Shown here: positions 35,827 to 46,166 of the stretch, one piece after another
Layout: every line of letters begins with the position of its first letter
How positions within the stretch are numbered: the stretch's first letter is position 1
Source: Thecamonas trahens ATCC 50062
Taxonomy: Eukaryota > Protista > Apusomonadida
Length of the DNA stretch: 64,000 nt
Reading direction: 5' to 3'
NCBI RefSeq assembly: GCF_000142905.1
Contig: NW_013657668.1
Location: 358,492 to 422,491, forward strand
Notes under the pieces: model-generated
Database searches by the model: none
Told to the model about the DNA's origin: nothing
What the model saw: the letters and a program-made list of their open reading frames with translations, nothing else
Position numbers and translations under genes: made by a program

Positions 35827-36015
35827 AACCTCTTGTCCGCCAGCCGCTTTCCTCTCTCGAGTCGGCTGTCCTACTCTAGGTCCTGCTCCTGGCTGTCTGC
35901 TCTCCGCCCGTGACCTTCCAATCTGCCGCTGTCCGCTGCCGCACCCACGCAGCTGGCACGCGACAAGGGGAATCGGCGCATGTATTATTGCTGCAGGTTG
36001 CGAGACAGAGAGCCA

Positions 36016-38547
36016 TCACGAGTGGGCAAGGAGGACGTCGGCAACGTCCGCGACAGTGAGGGCACAGGTCGGGGCGCGGAGGGCAGTCTCGATGACGGCG
36101 AGGAGATCGACGGCGGTCATCGACGACGGAACAAGGCGCCAGAGCCGTGGGAGCCACTGCTGGGCTGTGGTCGAAGCCAGGACTGCGATGGCCAAGCTGG
36201 AGAACAGCGCTTCCTCGCTCGGAACGCCAGGCGCCAGCTCAGCACCACCGAGCGCGTCCTCGACGAGCACAAAGGCGGCGTCAAAGTCGGCGCGAGCGAC
36301 GTAGACCTGGACAGCCTGCGGCACTTCAAGCGCGAGTGCATACAGCTCGGCGACAGCCGACGCCACATCCTGATCGGCTGCAGCAATGGCGCCTAGCGCG
36401 TGGCCAAGCTGCGCGGCGGCGAGGTAGGCAGCGCACTGCCGCGGCTCTGGCGCCAGCGCCAGCGACCGCACCGCACCGACAACTGCTGATGGGCGGTGAA
36501 GAAAGAGGGCGAGGACCACAAGCTCGAAAAGGCTCGCCTCACAATCGTCCCCTGAATGGAGCGCAAGGCCGGGATGAGTGTCGGCAAACGGGCGGGCTTC
36601 GCCACCCTTGACGGGCGAGGCGTGGGCTTGCAGCAGCGACGAGTACGCCGATACAGCGGCCGACGTCTCTTTCTCGCAGCGCAGGTGCGGCACGAGCCGG
36701 CCACTCGCCAGCGCGGCAGGAAGCAGGGCGTCGAGAACTGGCCCGGGCGCAGCCCGGATCCATGCAGCCAGGATCGAGAGTGGCATCTCCACGAGCCGAG
36801 CATGCGGTACAGGACGGTTGGGCATGTGTGGGCCAAGTGCGTCCGGCAGCTGTCGGCTTGCTGGCTCACTGTACCTGCAAGCCTTGGTCCGCGCCTCGAG
36901 ATAAGCCACGAACTCGGCCTTGAGCACGCGATTGAGCGGAGTAAAGGTGTGGAAACTGAGACGGGCATCGTCGACAGCATCCGCAACAGCAGCATCAGCG
37001 GTTGCGCCGGCCAGCGCTCCGGGCAACAGTGCCAGCATGAGCGCAGGATTCTGCACAAAGTCGAGGACGGCGGCCGCGACATCGGCCAGAAGCTCAGCCT
37101 GGGTAGAAGCACCCTCGCCGCGCGGCGCGGTCTCGAGCGCAGCCTGGGCTTCAAACCCGGCGTCGAGCAAGTACTTTGCAGTATGCCGCGGCAGCGACCA
37201 TGCCTCGCACAGGCGCGCGGCGTCGCGGAGGAGGTGCGACGTCACCGACGGCTCGACAAGCCGAGCAGCGCGCGTGCTGACGTTGGACAGGCGGAGGAGA
37301 AACATGCCACCCGAGCCCCAGACGCCCACGTCACCCGGCCCAAGACGCCGGCCATCGGCGACCGACGGCACAACGACAAGAGTCCCGCGCAAGTCGGCAA
37401 GGCTCACCCCACTGGGATACGCGATCTTGCCCAACAGGCTGCCGTGGGCAACATGGTAGATGCCGAGGGCAGCTGGCGCAACAAGACCAACAACCTCACG
37501 GGTTGCCACCAGCGCCTTGGCCTGCAACGGATCCCAAGGTGCGCCATCTGAGCCCAGGCCGGGCGGTGATGGGACTTGATGTAGGCAGCCGAGCGGCTGA
37601 GCACGGAGAACAACGCGCTTTGGCATTGAAGACTGGGTGTCCGGCGCCGACACCACGTACAGCCGGCCACTCAAAGTAAGGACAACAAGCTCGCCGGTCG
37701 AGGTGTGAATGGTCGACGCAATGACAGGGCCGTCAAGGCTCGAAGGAGCAAGCTCGGCAGCGGCAAGCCGGTCGCGAGACACACTGGCGTAGGCTACCGA
37801 CCAATCCTCGTCGGTGGCTACCATCCACAGGTTCGATCGCGAGCCAAGGAGCGCCGAGAGGCCACAGACCGAAGAGCGGAGCTCGACGACGGGCGGCCAT
37901 GGAGCATCAGCGTGGACTGGGAGCGCAAGAGCGCAGATCCGTGAGCCCGAATCAACATCCCGGTTCTTGGGCGCGGCAGACTCGTCATCAGACTCGTCGT
38001 CCGAGCCGCGGCTGGTGACACTCGAGAGTACCGGCGGATCAGCGTCTGCCCAGACCACGACCCGTGCTTCCGGAACGTAGGCCGAGGCAGCGACGGAGCC
38101 AAGGCGGGGAACATCACAGCGAGCGTAGGGCAGCCAGGGTGAGGTGCCATCACACGGGGCATCGCTTGGCTTGGTCCAGACCGAGACAGCATCCGGTGCA
38201 GCTTCGATAACCACCAGGTGCAGGAGGCCCTTTGCATCCGGGGCGAGAAAGACAGCGACAGCAGGCGTTGGGAGCGAGTGGACGAGCCAGGGACCGGCCG
38301 GTGGCGGGGCGTCTGGCACCTCTGCCCCGACTAGCCAATCAGCAAGTGCTTGGCCTGCTTCGGGTGAGTGGACAGCGTTGGTCACCGCCACCACGCTTCG
38401 TCCGCCATGGACAGCCACCACAAGGTGGCCTGTGGCGGCAGCGACAGCAGTGACCGACGCCTGCCCACCGGCAAGAGCTGCTCCGCCCGGGAGGCACGCC
38501 CATACTGGTGCAATAGGCGCAAGGCTGCCCACGGAGCTTCCGGCCAT
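36016..38547 (-). CDS. Beta-propeller plus helical protein, possibly HPS6-like (BLOC-2 subunit)
   Basis: Long ORF with a beta-rich N-half and a helical C-half. QNPALML, FELVVLALF, LWRLVP and terminal LTVADV resemble HPS6 (from memory). The gene is well supported; its identity is tentative. Confidence 0.5.
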   Translation of the reverse strand: MAGSSVGSLAPIAPVWACLPGGAALAGGQASVTAVAAATGHLVVAVHGGRSVVAVTNAVHSPEAGQALADWLVGAEVPDAPPPAGPWLVHSLPTPAVAVFLAPDAKGLLHLVVIEAAPDAVSVWTKPSDAPCDGTSPWLPYARCDVPRLGSVAASAYVPEARVVVWADADPPVLSSVTSRGSDDESDDESAAPKNRDVDSGSRICALALPVHADAPWPPVVELRSSVCGLSALLGSRSNLWMVATDEDWSVAYASVSRDRLAAAELAPSSLDGPVIASTIHTSTGELVVLTLSGRLYVVSAPDTQSSMPKRVVLRAQPLGCLHQVPSPPGLGSDGAPWDPLQAKALVATREVVGLVAPAALGIYHVAHGSLLGKIAYPSGVSLADLRGTLVVVPSVADGRRLGPGDVGVWGSGGMFLLRLSNVSTRAARLVEPSVTSHLLRDAARLCEAWSLPRHTAKYLLDAGFEAQAALETAPRGEGASTQAELLADVAAAVLDFVQNPALMLALLPGALAGATADAAVADAVDDARLSFHTFTPLNRVLKAEFVAYLEARTKACRYSEPASRQLPDALGPHMPNRPVPHARLVEMPLSILAAWIRAAPGPVLDALLPAALASGRLVPHLRCEKETSAAVSAYSSLLQAHASPVKGGEARPFADTHPGLALHSGDDCEASLFELVVLALFLHRPSAVVGAVRSLALAPEPRQCAAYLAAAQLGHALGAIAAADQDVASAVAELYALALEVPQAVQVYVARADFDAAFVLVEDALGGAELAPGVPSEEALFSSLAIAVLASTTAQQWLPRLWRLVPSSMTAVDLLAVIETALRAPTCALTVADVADVLLAHS

Positions 38548-38689
38548 GGAGGTGGAGAGTGGCGTGAGGTGAGAGGGGTGTGACTCGCTGGTTAGTGGCG
38601 AACGATTCGCGGGAGCGGGGTGCGGGCAGAGACGGCAGCGGACTAATGAGGCACAGATACTGGGTGGTAGAGTACATTGGGGATCAGGA

Positions 38690-40915
38690 TCATCGGTGGA
38701 CGCGGAGCGGGCGAAGCGCTGAGGGGGCGGGCCGGCGCACATAGGCTGACGGAGTTGGGGTGTGGGAGCGCAGGGTTGAGATGGCCGATGGTGTGTGGGC
38801 GCGAGAGGTTGAGGTGCCGAGACGGCGCGAGGATAGCGGCCGGGTGGTCAAAGGGCGCGAAGCGGCACTGCTATTGCTCCCGATGCGAGGAAGAGCAGCG
38901 AGGGTGGAGAGCGCTGGAATGTGCGGCGAGAGCGAGGACGCGGCACGGCGGGCACGTCGCGAGACTAGAGGCGAAAGGGCCGGCGTGGACGTCGGGGGGG
39001 AGTCGGAGGCTGCGCGCAGGGCGGCCTTGGCGGCGGCGGCGGCAGAGGCGTCAAAGGAGGAAATGGACTTGCGGACAGAGCGGATGCGAGCCTGCAAGGT
39101 GGCAATCGAGTCTGAAAGGCGCGGAAGCGCAGCGTGCGAGGCATTGGCGCCCGCAAGCGAGTGACCGGTCACCGACGACCAAGCCGAGGTCTCGAACGTC
39201 ACTGATGACTCGGATGTCAGGGCCGACTCGTACGCAGGCTGCGACGATGACGGATTCGAGTCGTCGTCCGCCGAGTCGGATGACTCGGCGACAGCATCCG
39301 GATCGTCGTCAGAGAGTGAAGCAAGAAGTGAGCGCTTGGTCGAGCGGGGAGGCGTCGAGCTCGATTGCGGACGGAAAGGCGAGGCCTGGATCCGCGCTGC
39401 AAACTCAAATTCGGCCTGGGTGAGATTGCCAGGCGGCGGCGTACCACCGGGAGCGGCGGCGATGGGCGACATAATGCTGTGATCGGGGAGTGTTGAGGTA
39501 GCGGTGGTGGTGATGGGCGAGCCGAGGAACGACGGCGAGGCTGGGTGAGCGTGATGGTGGTGGTTGGACGGCGTCGAGGTAGCGGTGGTGGTGATGGGCG
39601 AGCCGAGGAACGACGGCGAGACTGGGTGGGCGTGATGGTGGTGGTTGGACGGCGTCGAGGTAGCGGTGGTGGTGATGGGCGAGCCGAGGAACGACGGCGA
39701 GGCTGGGTGGGCGTGATGGTGGTGGTTGGACGGCGTCGAGGTAGCGGTGGTGGTGATGGGCGAGCCGAGGAACGACGGCACCGAGCGAACTGGCGAAAGC
39801 CCGGCAAGTGACAGATGGTCAGTAGGCTCCGACGGTGCCAAGTGAGCATCATGAACGGGTGAGAGTCGCGGCAGGAGGATGCCTGAGCCGGAGAGAGCGA
39901 TCGATGACGCGGAAATGTTCGAGGCGAGCGAAAGGTGGGCGAATGGCGAGACCTGTAAAGCTTGCCGCGAACTCGAGCGACTAGATGCCGCAGTGTATGG
40001 TGAGAGTCGAGCCATTGGCGACCGGTGGGCGACTGCGGCGAGGTCGGCAGGGAACGGATACATCGGCGAGTGGACAGAGCGGATAGACCGGACAGAGCAT
40101 GCCGAGCTGAGCGACCGGTACGAGCTGGCTGGCGACGGCGAGGCATACGAGGCATGCACAAGGCCTCGTGCCATGAGGGCCATTGGCGAAAGCGAGTAGT
40201 CGGCGGTGGTCGAGTGATCCGTGCCAAAGACCGAGCGGTCGCGGATGGTCGGCTCGCCACGGTCGAGCTCGCCGTTCTCCTGCATGCGGATGACCCGTTC
40301 CGGGGTGCGGGTCATTGCCGAAGAGGCAAAGAACTTATCGCAGCGGGCCGCGTCATCTGCCAGAAACTGTGCCCACTGCGACTTGCGCAGAGCAAGCGAG
40401 GCCTCGTCGAGGGCAACGGTGATGCTCGACGGCAGGGCCTCGGGTGTGCCAAGCTCATCCGACTCGCTATCCGAGTCGGGAGCGATGTCGACCGGGTACA
40501 GGCTGGCGAGGGCATCGATGGACCAGTCCATAACTCGCGCCGGTGACGGGGATGCCAGGTACGGGCGACCGGGCGAGGCCGAAGCCAGCGGCGACCATCC
40601 AGGTGAAGCAAAACGAGCCAGCGGACGGCCATGGGCTGGCGTTGACGTTGCCGGAGCCGGACCGCGATACTGTCTCGCAGGCGATCCGCCATCATGTCCA
40701 GCCGGTGAGCTAGAGTGACCGATATCCAAATCCTGCATAGGCGGCAGATGCAGAACGAGCCCATCTCTATCCACTCCCTCGGCATCAGCTGTCCTGTCGT
40801 CACTCTGACCATCGTCGCCGTCGTCTTCCGAGTCAAAGGGCGGGAGAGCGGGAAAGTGGTCCTTGTCCTCGCCCAGGAACGGGTTGCGCAGGTACTCTGC
40901 GAAGGACGTTGTCAT
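38690..40915 (-). CDS. BORA: Protein aurora borealis (Bora) homolog
   Basis: NPF, DWSIDALASLYPVDI (compare Bora WSIDQLAVINPVEI) and CDKFFASSAMTRTP (compare FFxxxxIVPSPW), with very many SP/TP sites. The 5' end is uncertain. Confidence 0.72.
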   Translation of the reverse strand: MTTSFAEYLRNPFLGEDKDHFPALPPFDSEDDGDDGQSDDRTADAEGVDRDGLVLHLPPMQDLDIGHSSSPAGHDGGSPARQYRGPAPATSTPAHGRPLARFASPGWSPLASASPGRPYLASPSPARVMDWSIDALASLYPVDIAPDSDSESDELGTPEALPSSITVALDEASLALRKSQWAQFLADDAARCDKFFASSAMTRTPERVIRMQENGELDRGEPTIRDRSVFGTDHSTTADYSLSPMALMARGLVHASYASPSPASSYRSLSSACSVRSIRSVHSPMYPFPADLAAVAHRSPMARLSPYTAASSRSSSRQALQVSPFAHLSLASNISASSIALSGSGILLPRLSPVHDAHLAPSEPTDHLSLAGLSPVRSVPSFLGSPITTTATSTPSNHHHHAHPASPSFLGSPITTTATSTPSNHHHHAHPVSPSFLGSPITTTATSTPSNHHHHAHPASPSFLGSPITTTATSTLPDHSIMSPIAAAPGGTPPPGNLTQAEFEFAARIQASPFRPQSSSTPPRSTKRSLLASLSDDDPDAVAESSDSADDDSNPSSSQPAYESALTSESSVTFETSAWSSVTGHSLAGANASHAALPRLSDSIATLQARIRSVRKSISSFDASAAAAAKAALRAASDSPPTSTPALSPLVSRRARRAASSLSPHIPALSTLAALPRIGSNSSAASRPLTTRPLSSRRLGTSTSRAHTPSAISTLRSHTPTPSAYVRRPAPSALRPLRVHR
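39493..39779 (-). repeat. Intragenic 81-bp tandem repeat, about 3.5 copies (27-aa unit SPSFLGSPITTTATSTPSNHHHHAHPA)
   Basis: Near-identical units with period 81 (for example 39501 versus 39582). Confidence 0.95.
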
Positions 40916-41494
40916 ACCTGCCACCACACGTAGAGAAGGTGGTGGGTGAGGTGGTGCGGTGGAATGAGTTGCGGGAGGGCTAGTGGGCAGAGTGACGGGG
41001 CAGGCCAAGCCGAGCGCGGCGCCTGGCCGAATTGGCGCGCAAGGCGAGGCACGGCTGACATGGCGAGGGAGAGCAAAGGTGATGAGGGGGGGGGGGGGGG
41101 GGGATACTTATGCGATGGGACAGGAAATGGGATGAGATGAAAGAGAAAGGAGTGCATGAACAAGGTCGATGAGGTATCGTGGCGTGGTGTACAACAGGCT
41201 GGCGGTGATGAGCGTGGGAAGGGGGGGTGAGGGAGGGGAGGGTGCCATCAGCCTGGTTGGCTTTGGTACGTTGGCATAGACATGAGTCAGTGGGGGCTCA
41301 CCATCGCCATAGTAACGAGATGTACCATTTTGAATGTGTATTGTGATGATGCTGGTGTTCATCGGTATTGTTTGTCATCCAATCCACTGCACACGGTTGA
41401 TGCTACCGGCATGGATGACAAGGCACGTGCGGTGCAGTCAGTGCCTGGCAGATGGACGGGAGCAGCAACAGGAGCAGCGAGCCGCAGCAGTCAC

Positions 41495-41527
41495 AGAGAG
41501 ACAAGAGAGAGAGAGACAGACAGACAG

Positions 41528-41572
<45 letters not shown>

Positions 41573-41600
41573 AAGACAGACAGACAGAAAGACAGACAGA
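41495..41600 (+). repeat. (GA)n/(GACA)n microsatellite
   Basis: Directly visible upstream of the HSD17B10-like gene. Confidence 0.95.
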
Positions 41601-41670
41601 CTCGTCTTTGGCGACTTTGGCGTAGCAGTACCCCTCTCCCTCTCTCTCTCGAGACTTCAACTTGTCCGGC

Positions 41671-42542
41671 ATGAAGGTGGAAGGCAGTGTGTTTGTGGTG
41701 ACTGGTGGTGCGTCGGGTTTGGGCCAGGCGGTTGTCCGCCGAGCGGTGGAACTGGGTGCTGCTGGTGTGGGCATCTTTGATCTGAACGATGACGATGGAG
41801 AGGGTACGGGATCGGGAGGGTGGGGAGGAGGGAGGAAGGGGGGGGGGGGGGGGGGGGCGTGGTTGCAATCGGAGTGGGTGACTAACATAGGGTGATAGAG
41901 ATGGTGGTGGAGCTGGGCGAGGACAAGGCGCTGTTTGCCGAGGTCAACGTGACGGATGCCGATAGTGTGCAGGAGGGCCTGGCTGCAGTGGTGGAGAAGT
42001 TCGGTCGGGTGGACGTGGTGGTCAACTGTGCTGGTATCGGATCTGGGACCAAGACGTACTCTAGGAAGGGTGGAGCGCACAAGCTCGACTACTTCAAAAA
42101 GGTTGTCGAGGTTAACCTGGTGGGCACGTTCAACACGCTCCGGCTGGCGGCCGCAATCATGGCGGAGCAGGAGCCGAACGCGGATGGCGAGCGCGGAGTC
42201 ATTGTCAACACGGCAAGCGTCGCAGCGTTTGACGGACAGCAGGGCCAGGCATCGTACTCGGCGTCCAAGGCCGGGGTTGTGGGCATGACGCTCCCGATTG
42301 CTCGTGACCTTGGCCCATACGGCATTCGCATCTGCACCATCTGCCCAGGCGTCTTCCTCACCCCGATGATGCGGATGCTCAAGGCCGAGGTGCGGGCGTC
42401 ACTGGAGAAGGACGTCCCATTCCCGTCGCGGCTGGGCCGGCCGGAGGAATTTGCGCTGATGGCGACGTCGATTGTGGAGAACCCGTACCTTAACGGGGAG
42501 ACGATCCGGCTCGACGGGGCGCTGCGGATGAACAAGCTCTAG
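41671..42542 (+). CDS. HSD17B10: 3-hydroxyacyl-CoA dehydrogenase type 2; intron 41804..41898
   Basis: [39 protein letters not shown] and [17 protein letters not shown]. The intron is phase-compatible and has an ACTAAC branch point. Confidence 0.95.
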
Positions 42543-42590
42543 AGGGGAAGAGGCTCTGGAGGGAGAGGGTGAGCAATGACGAGTGCATGT

Positions 42591-43334
42591 TTACTCCTTC
42601 TTGGGCTTCTTGGCGAGGTAGTTCTTCTTGAAAAAGTCGGCAAAGAGGAAGACCAGGATGGTGACGTAGGTGTTGTTGCACGCGAGGGCCCAGAACGCCG
42701 GGCCAGTGAGGCACTCGATGAAGAAATACGGGGCGGAAAGGCCCATGCCGACCACAAACTGGACAAGCTGCATGGTGGTGAGGAGCGACTTGAATGGCGG
42801 GTGGATACCGACGACGGTGAGCGCGTAGCGAGCGTACATCAGAGTGTGGATGAACGAGTTAAGGGAGAGGAAGAGCCAGGTGGCCTCGGTCCGGAACTGG
42901 GTCAGGGCCCACATGATGAGGACAGCGCCGATGTGGTGGAAGACCTGGAGGAAGATGGGCTTGCGGCCCTTGAGGAGGACGATCCAGGTGTCGAGGAACT
43001 CGTAGATCTTGGAGAGGTAGAAGAAGTACGAGAGAGCAGGCAGCGGCGAGGAGCCGTCATCCACCATGAGAGTGTTGCAAGTCGGCGAGTAAATGAAGTC
43101 CCATTCCCAGGCCCGCGGGAGAACGAAGGCAAAAGTCTCGTAGCAGACCCAAGCCGAGAAGACCGTCATGATCGCGTTGTGCGAGAGAGCCATGCCCTTG
43201 ATCCACGACGGAGTCTGCTCACGCGTCCGTCCAGAGAGCAGATAGTTGACAGTGACATACACCACACACGCCGCAATGGGCTGCCACATGGGCATGTCAG
43301 GCACCTCAAAGGCCTTGAGCCAAGCCGTCGACAT
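42591..43334 (-). CDS. ELO/GNS1-SUR4 fatty-acid elongase with a variant QxxHH box
   Basis: FYLSKIYEFLDT, FLQVFHH, NSFIHTLMY, TTMQLVQF and a C-terminal di-lysine ER signal. Confidence 0.93.
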   Translation of the reverse strand: MSTAWLKAFEVPDMPMWQPIAACVVYVTVNYLLSGRTREQTPSWIKGMALSHNAIMTVFSAWVCYETFAFVLPRAWEWDFIYSPTCNTLMVDDGSSPLPALSYFFYLSKIYEFLDTWIVLLKGRKPIFLQVFHHIGAVLIMWALTQFRTEATWLFLSLNSFIHTLMYARYALTVVGIHPPFKSLLTTMQLVQFVVGMGLSAPYFFIECLTGPAFWALACNNTYVTILVFLFADFFKKNYLAKKPKKE

Positions 43335-44346
43335 GATTGATGATGGGATGGACAGGAGTTGGGGGGGGAGGGAGGGTACGGGTGTTGGCCTCTGGGGAGG
43401 GAGGCGGGAGAGAGGGGGGGGGGGAGGAAGTCGGTACGGGCGAGGGGGGAGGTGCTCGTAGTGTTGGAGAGAGGAGTGTGAAGCAGTTGCAGTGGATGAG
43501 GGTTGTGGGAGTGGGGAGGGGGGGGGGGGGAGGGGAGGGAGGAGGTCATGCGATTGACCGTTGCCGGCCACGTGGCACGTGGCCGGTGTGATTGGGGAGG
43601 TGGGGGGAGGGGGGGGGAGGGGGGGGGCAAAAAAAATGATGGTTTCGAGTCAATGGGTATCGATGTCGATGGCAGGTGGGGGGGGCAACAGGGCAATCAA
43701 GACGGATTGTGGATGTGATTGGGTAGCAGCGGGGGATGGAGGAAAGATATTGGTGTCATGTGTCCCTTGTATACTGCCTGGTCTGCTAAGCTGTGGTAGG
43801 TTCAATGATGCAGTTGGAGCAAACCGTGACTCTGGAAATGCAGGTTCTCGGTCCAACAGGGAAGGGGCCATCCGCAGAGTGAACGAAAAGGGGAAGGAGA
43901 AAAGAGATAGTATTGAGGGGGGTGATGCATAGTTGAGAATGTGTAACAACAGGTTGCGATCCAGGCCTGTATGCTCGGATGGTGTACGAGTGCAGATGGG
44001 AGGATCAGAAGTATGACTGCGAAAAAAGATCGCCGACGATGATCAAGGAAATTCAAGCAGACTACGCAGCGTTGTGGTTTGTGTTGTCTATTCCGAGCCG
44101 ATGTTTATTGTTGCAGTCGGAGGTCACTATTGCTTGGTAAGATGGTAACGTCTTTCATCCATATGGATAATCATGGTCACGATGGTAGCGTTGTCCTGAC
44201 AGCACCCTGTTGGTCATCAGTTGACGCTATCCGCTCTCACACCGCTATCGGCCACAGCCAACTCAGACAACGGCCAGGCTCAGACAGCTGGACTGCAGCC
44301 GCTTCCTCCCCTCTACCACCTCTCTCTCCACACACACCATTCGACA

Positions 44347-45165
44347 ATGCCCCGGGACAAGGACCGTCGAGGCAGGAGATGGAGCCGAAAGCAAGGGCCG
44401 CCAACAACGCCGGCCATGGTGGTCTCTGTCCCGTCGCGAACCGCCGAGCCGCTCGCCCGGCGCGAGTACGTCCGCCGCAAGGTCCGCCTATCGGCACCCA
44501 AGCCGCTGCCTATCATCTCTGTCGACGTCTCGCACCAAGTCGGAGGAGGGGCCAGTGGCGGCGGCGGAAGAAGTCCGGCGCGTGCTCCGTTGACGGCGCT
44601 GCTCCGCTCTCAGGAGGCGCAGGCCGAGCTGGACGCCCTCAACGAGGATGCGCTATGGAAGCACCACTTTCGCGCAGATCGATACGTGGCTCCGCAGCTC
44701 TCGCCAGAGGCCCGGGCACGGCTTGAGTCGCGTTCGCGCGTCCGCACTTCAGGCGCTGCGTTGCGAGAGACCCACGAGCGCCATCATCGGTCGCATCGCG
44801 CAAGGACAGAGGAGCAGCGCCTGGCGGTCATCGGCGCGAGCTCGGCGTCACTGACCCGCGGGTTGGCGGCAGCCCAGAGCTCGACGGCGTTTGCTCTGCC
44901 GCCGACGCCGGCTTCAGACCGACAAAACTCGATCTACTCACCGCTGACATCGGACGAGGGCCTGGCGCCGCCGAGCTCGTATGCTCACGCCATGCCGAGC
45001 GAGGTGCCAGCCCACGCGGCCGACAAGCGCACCCGCCATGGGGCGGGCAAGGCCTCCCGGGCCGCCAAGTTTGCGGCGCCTCTTCATGCCGATGAGGTAT
45101 ACTATCCGTCTTACTCGTACTACGTATACTCGATGTCTGGCTCGGACGATGGGCTACGCGGGTAG
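44347..45165 (+). CDS. Hypothetical protein
   Basis: 272-aa ORF with coding-like codon usage; no recognised motif. Confidence 0.55.
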   Translation: MPRDKDRRGRRWSRKQGPPTTPAMVVSVPSRTAEPLARREYVRRKVRLSAPKPLPIISVDVSHQVGGGASGGGGRSPARAPLTALLRSQEAQAELDALNEDALWKHHFRADRYVAPQLSPEARARLESRSRVRTSGAALRETHERHHRSHRARTEEQRLAVIGASSASLTRGLAAAQSSTAFALPPTPASDRQNSIYSPLTSDEGLAPPSSYAHAMPSEVPAHAADKRTRHGAGKASRAAKFAAPLHADEVYYPSYSYYVYSMSGSDDGLRG

Positions 45166-45999
45166 GACCGCTTCCGAGAGACCAGCGGCGGCGATGGCGT
45201 TGGTGACGGCGGCTAGCGACGGAGCGGGCCGAGTCAGTTGGACGACGGCAACAGCGACGCCAGCGTCGACGCTGGCTGAGAAGGTGACCTCGGCGACCGG
45301 GTGGACGGCGGCGTGCAGCGCGGCGACAGTGGCGGGCGGGTCTGTTGCGGTAATGACGAACACAAGCTCGTTGCGGGAGGGATGGTCGGCGCAGGCCTTG
45401 AGGAGCCGGAGCGCGGCCTCAATCGAGTCGTAGGCATACTTGGAGAGAACGATGGACATGGCCTCCTCGAGGACAAGGGCCTTGTCGTGGTTGGGCAGGT
45501 CACAGAACGAGGTGGCGTTGACCGGATCAACGTAGCACCCAATGTGGTCGTTGAAGAAGGCATCGATGGTCGTGTCGCACGGAACGAGGCTCCCGTTGGC
45601 CGGGATGAGCACCTTTTTAGCAAGAGTGACTTCCAGACATGGGCGGACTGTGCGCGACCAGGCCTGGCCGACAGGCGTCAGCTTGGGCTCGAGGTGGAGA
45701 TAGGCCAAGCACTTGCCGTACATGACCTTTTCGATAAACACGCACGGCTGGGTCGTCCCGTTGCCCAAGCACTCGATGTACCATCCGCACGGCGTTCCTC
45801 CAGGCCCCGGCGGAACCGGGCACGCTGTCGGACTCGGAGTGACTTGCGCCTGACCTGATCTGCCAAGCTCTGCCATGTGACCAGCAACATCGACTGTGCC
45901 TCGTCCGCCACCGGCTGCGCCCGTCGCCGTCACCATACCCACAGCCAGGACCAGAACCAGGGCCAGGGCCGGGAACGTCTTAACGTTCATGGTAAGCAT
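45154..45999 (-). CDS. Secreted Cys-rich protein with a stanniocalcin-like Cys pattern
   Basis: Signal peptide followed by CGWYIECL..C..YGKC..GQAWSRTVRPCLE..C..FFNDHIGCY..SFCDL. Confidence 0.65.
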   Translation of the reverse strand: MLTMNVKTFPALALVLVLAVGMVTATGAAGGGRGTVDVAGHMAELGRSGQAQVTPSPTACPVPPGPGGTPCGWYIECLGNGTTQPCVFIEKVMYGKCLAYLHLEPKLTPVGQAWSRTVRPCLEVTLAKKVLIPANGSLVPCDTTIDAFFNDHIGCYVDPVNATSFCDLPNHDKALVLEEAMSIVLSKYAYDSIEAALRLLKACADHPSRNELVFVITATDPPATVAALHAAVHPVAEVTFSASVDAGVAVAVVQLTRPAPSLAAVTNAIAAAGLSEAVLPA

Positions 46000-46166
46000 G
46001 CGGGTGTGAGAGAGGTGGTGACGAGAGCCATGGGGGGGGGAGGGGGGGCGTGCGTGTGTGTGTGTGTGTGTCTCGTCAACTGTGCTGAACTCCGCTCTTC
46101 TACTGCTCATCGCGAACGTGCATGTTGCTGTTGATCTCGCCGCACAAACTGACGGCTTATGGTGCT

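Noticed and set aside
39493-39779. 81-bp repeat as a CRISPR array
   Set aside because: There are no unique spacers, it is an in-frame coding repeat, the context is eukaryotic and no cas genes are present.
43571-44340. Lower-GC intergenic stretch as an ncRNA or mobile element
   Set aside because: No recognisable tRNA, snoRNA boxes, terminal repeats or convincing ORF. It is probably a divergent promoter/UTR region.
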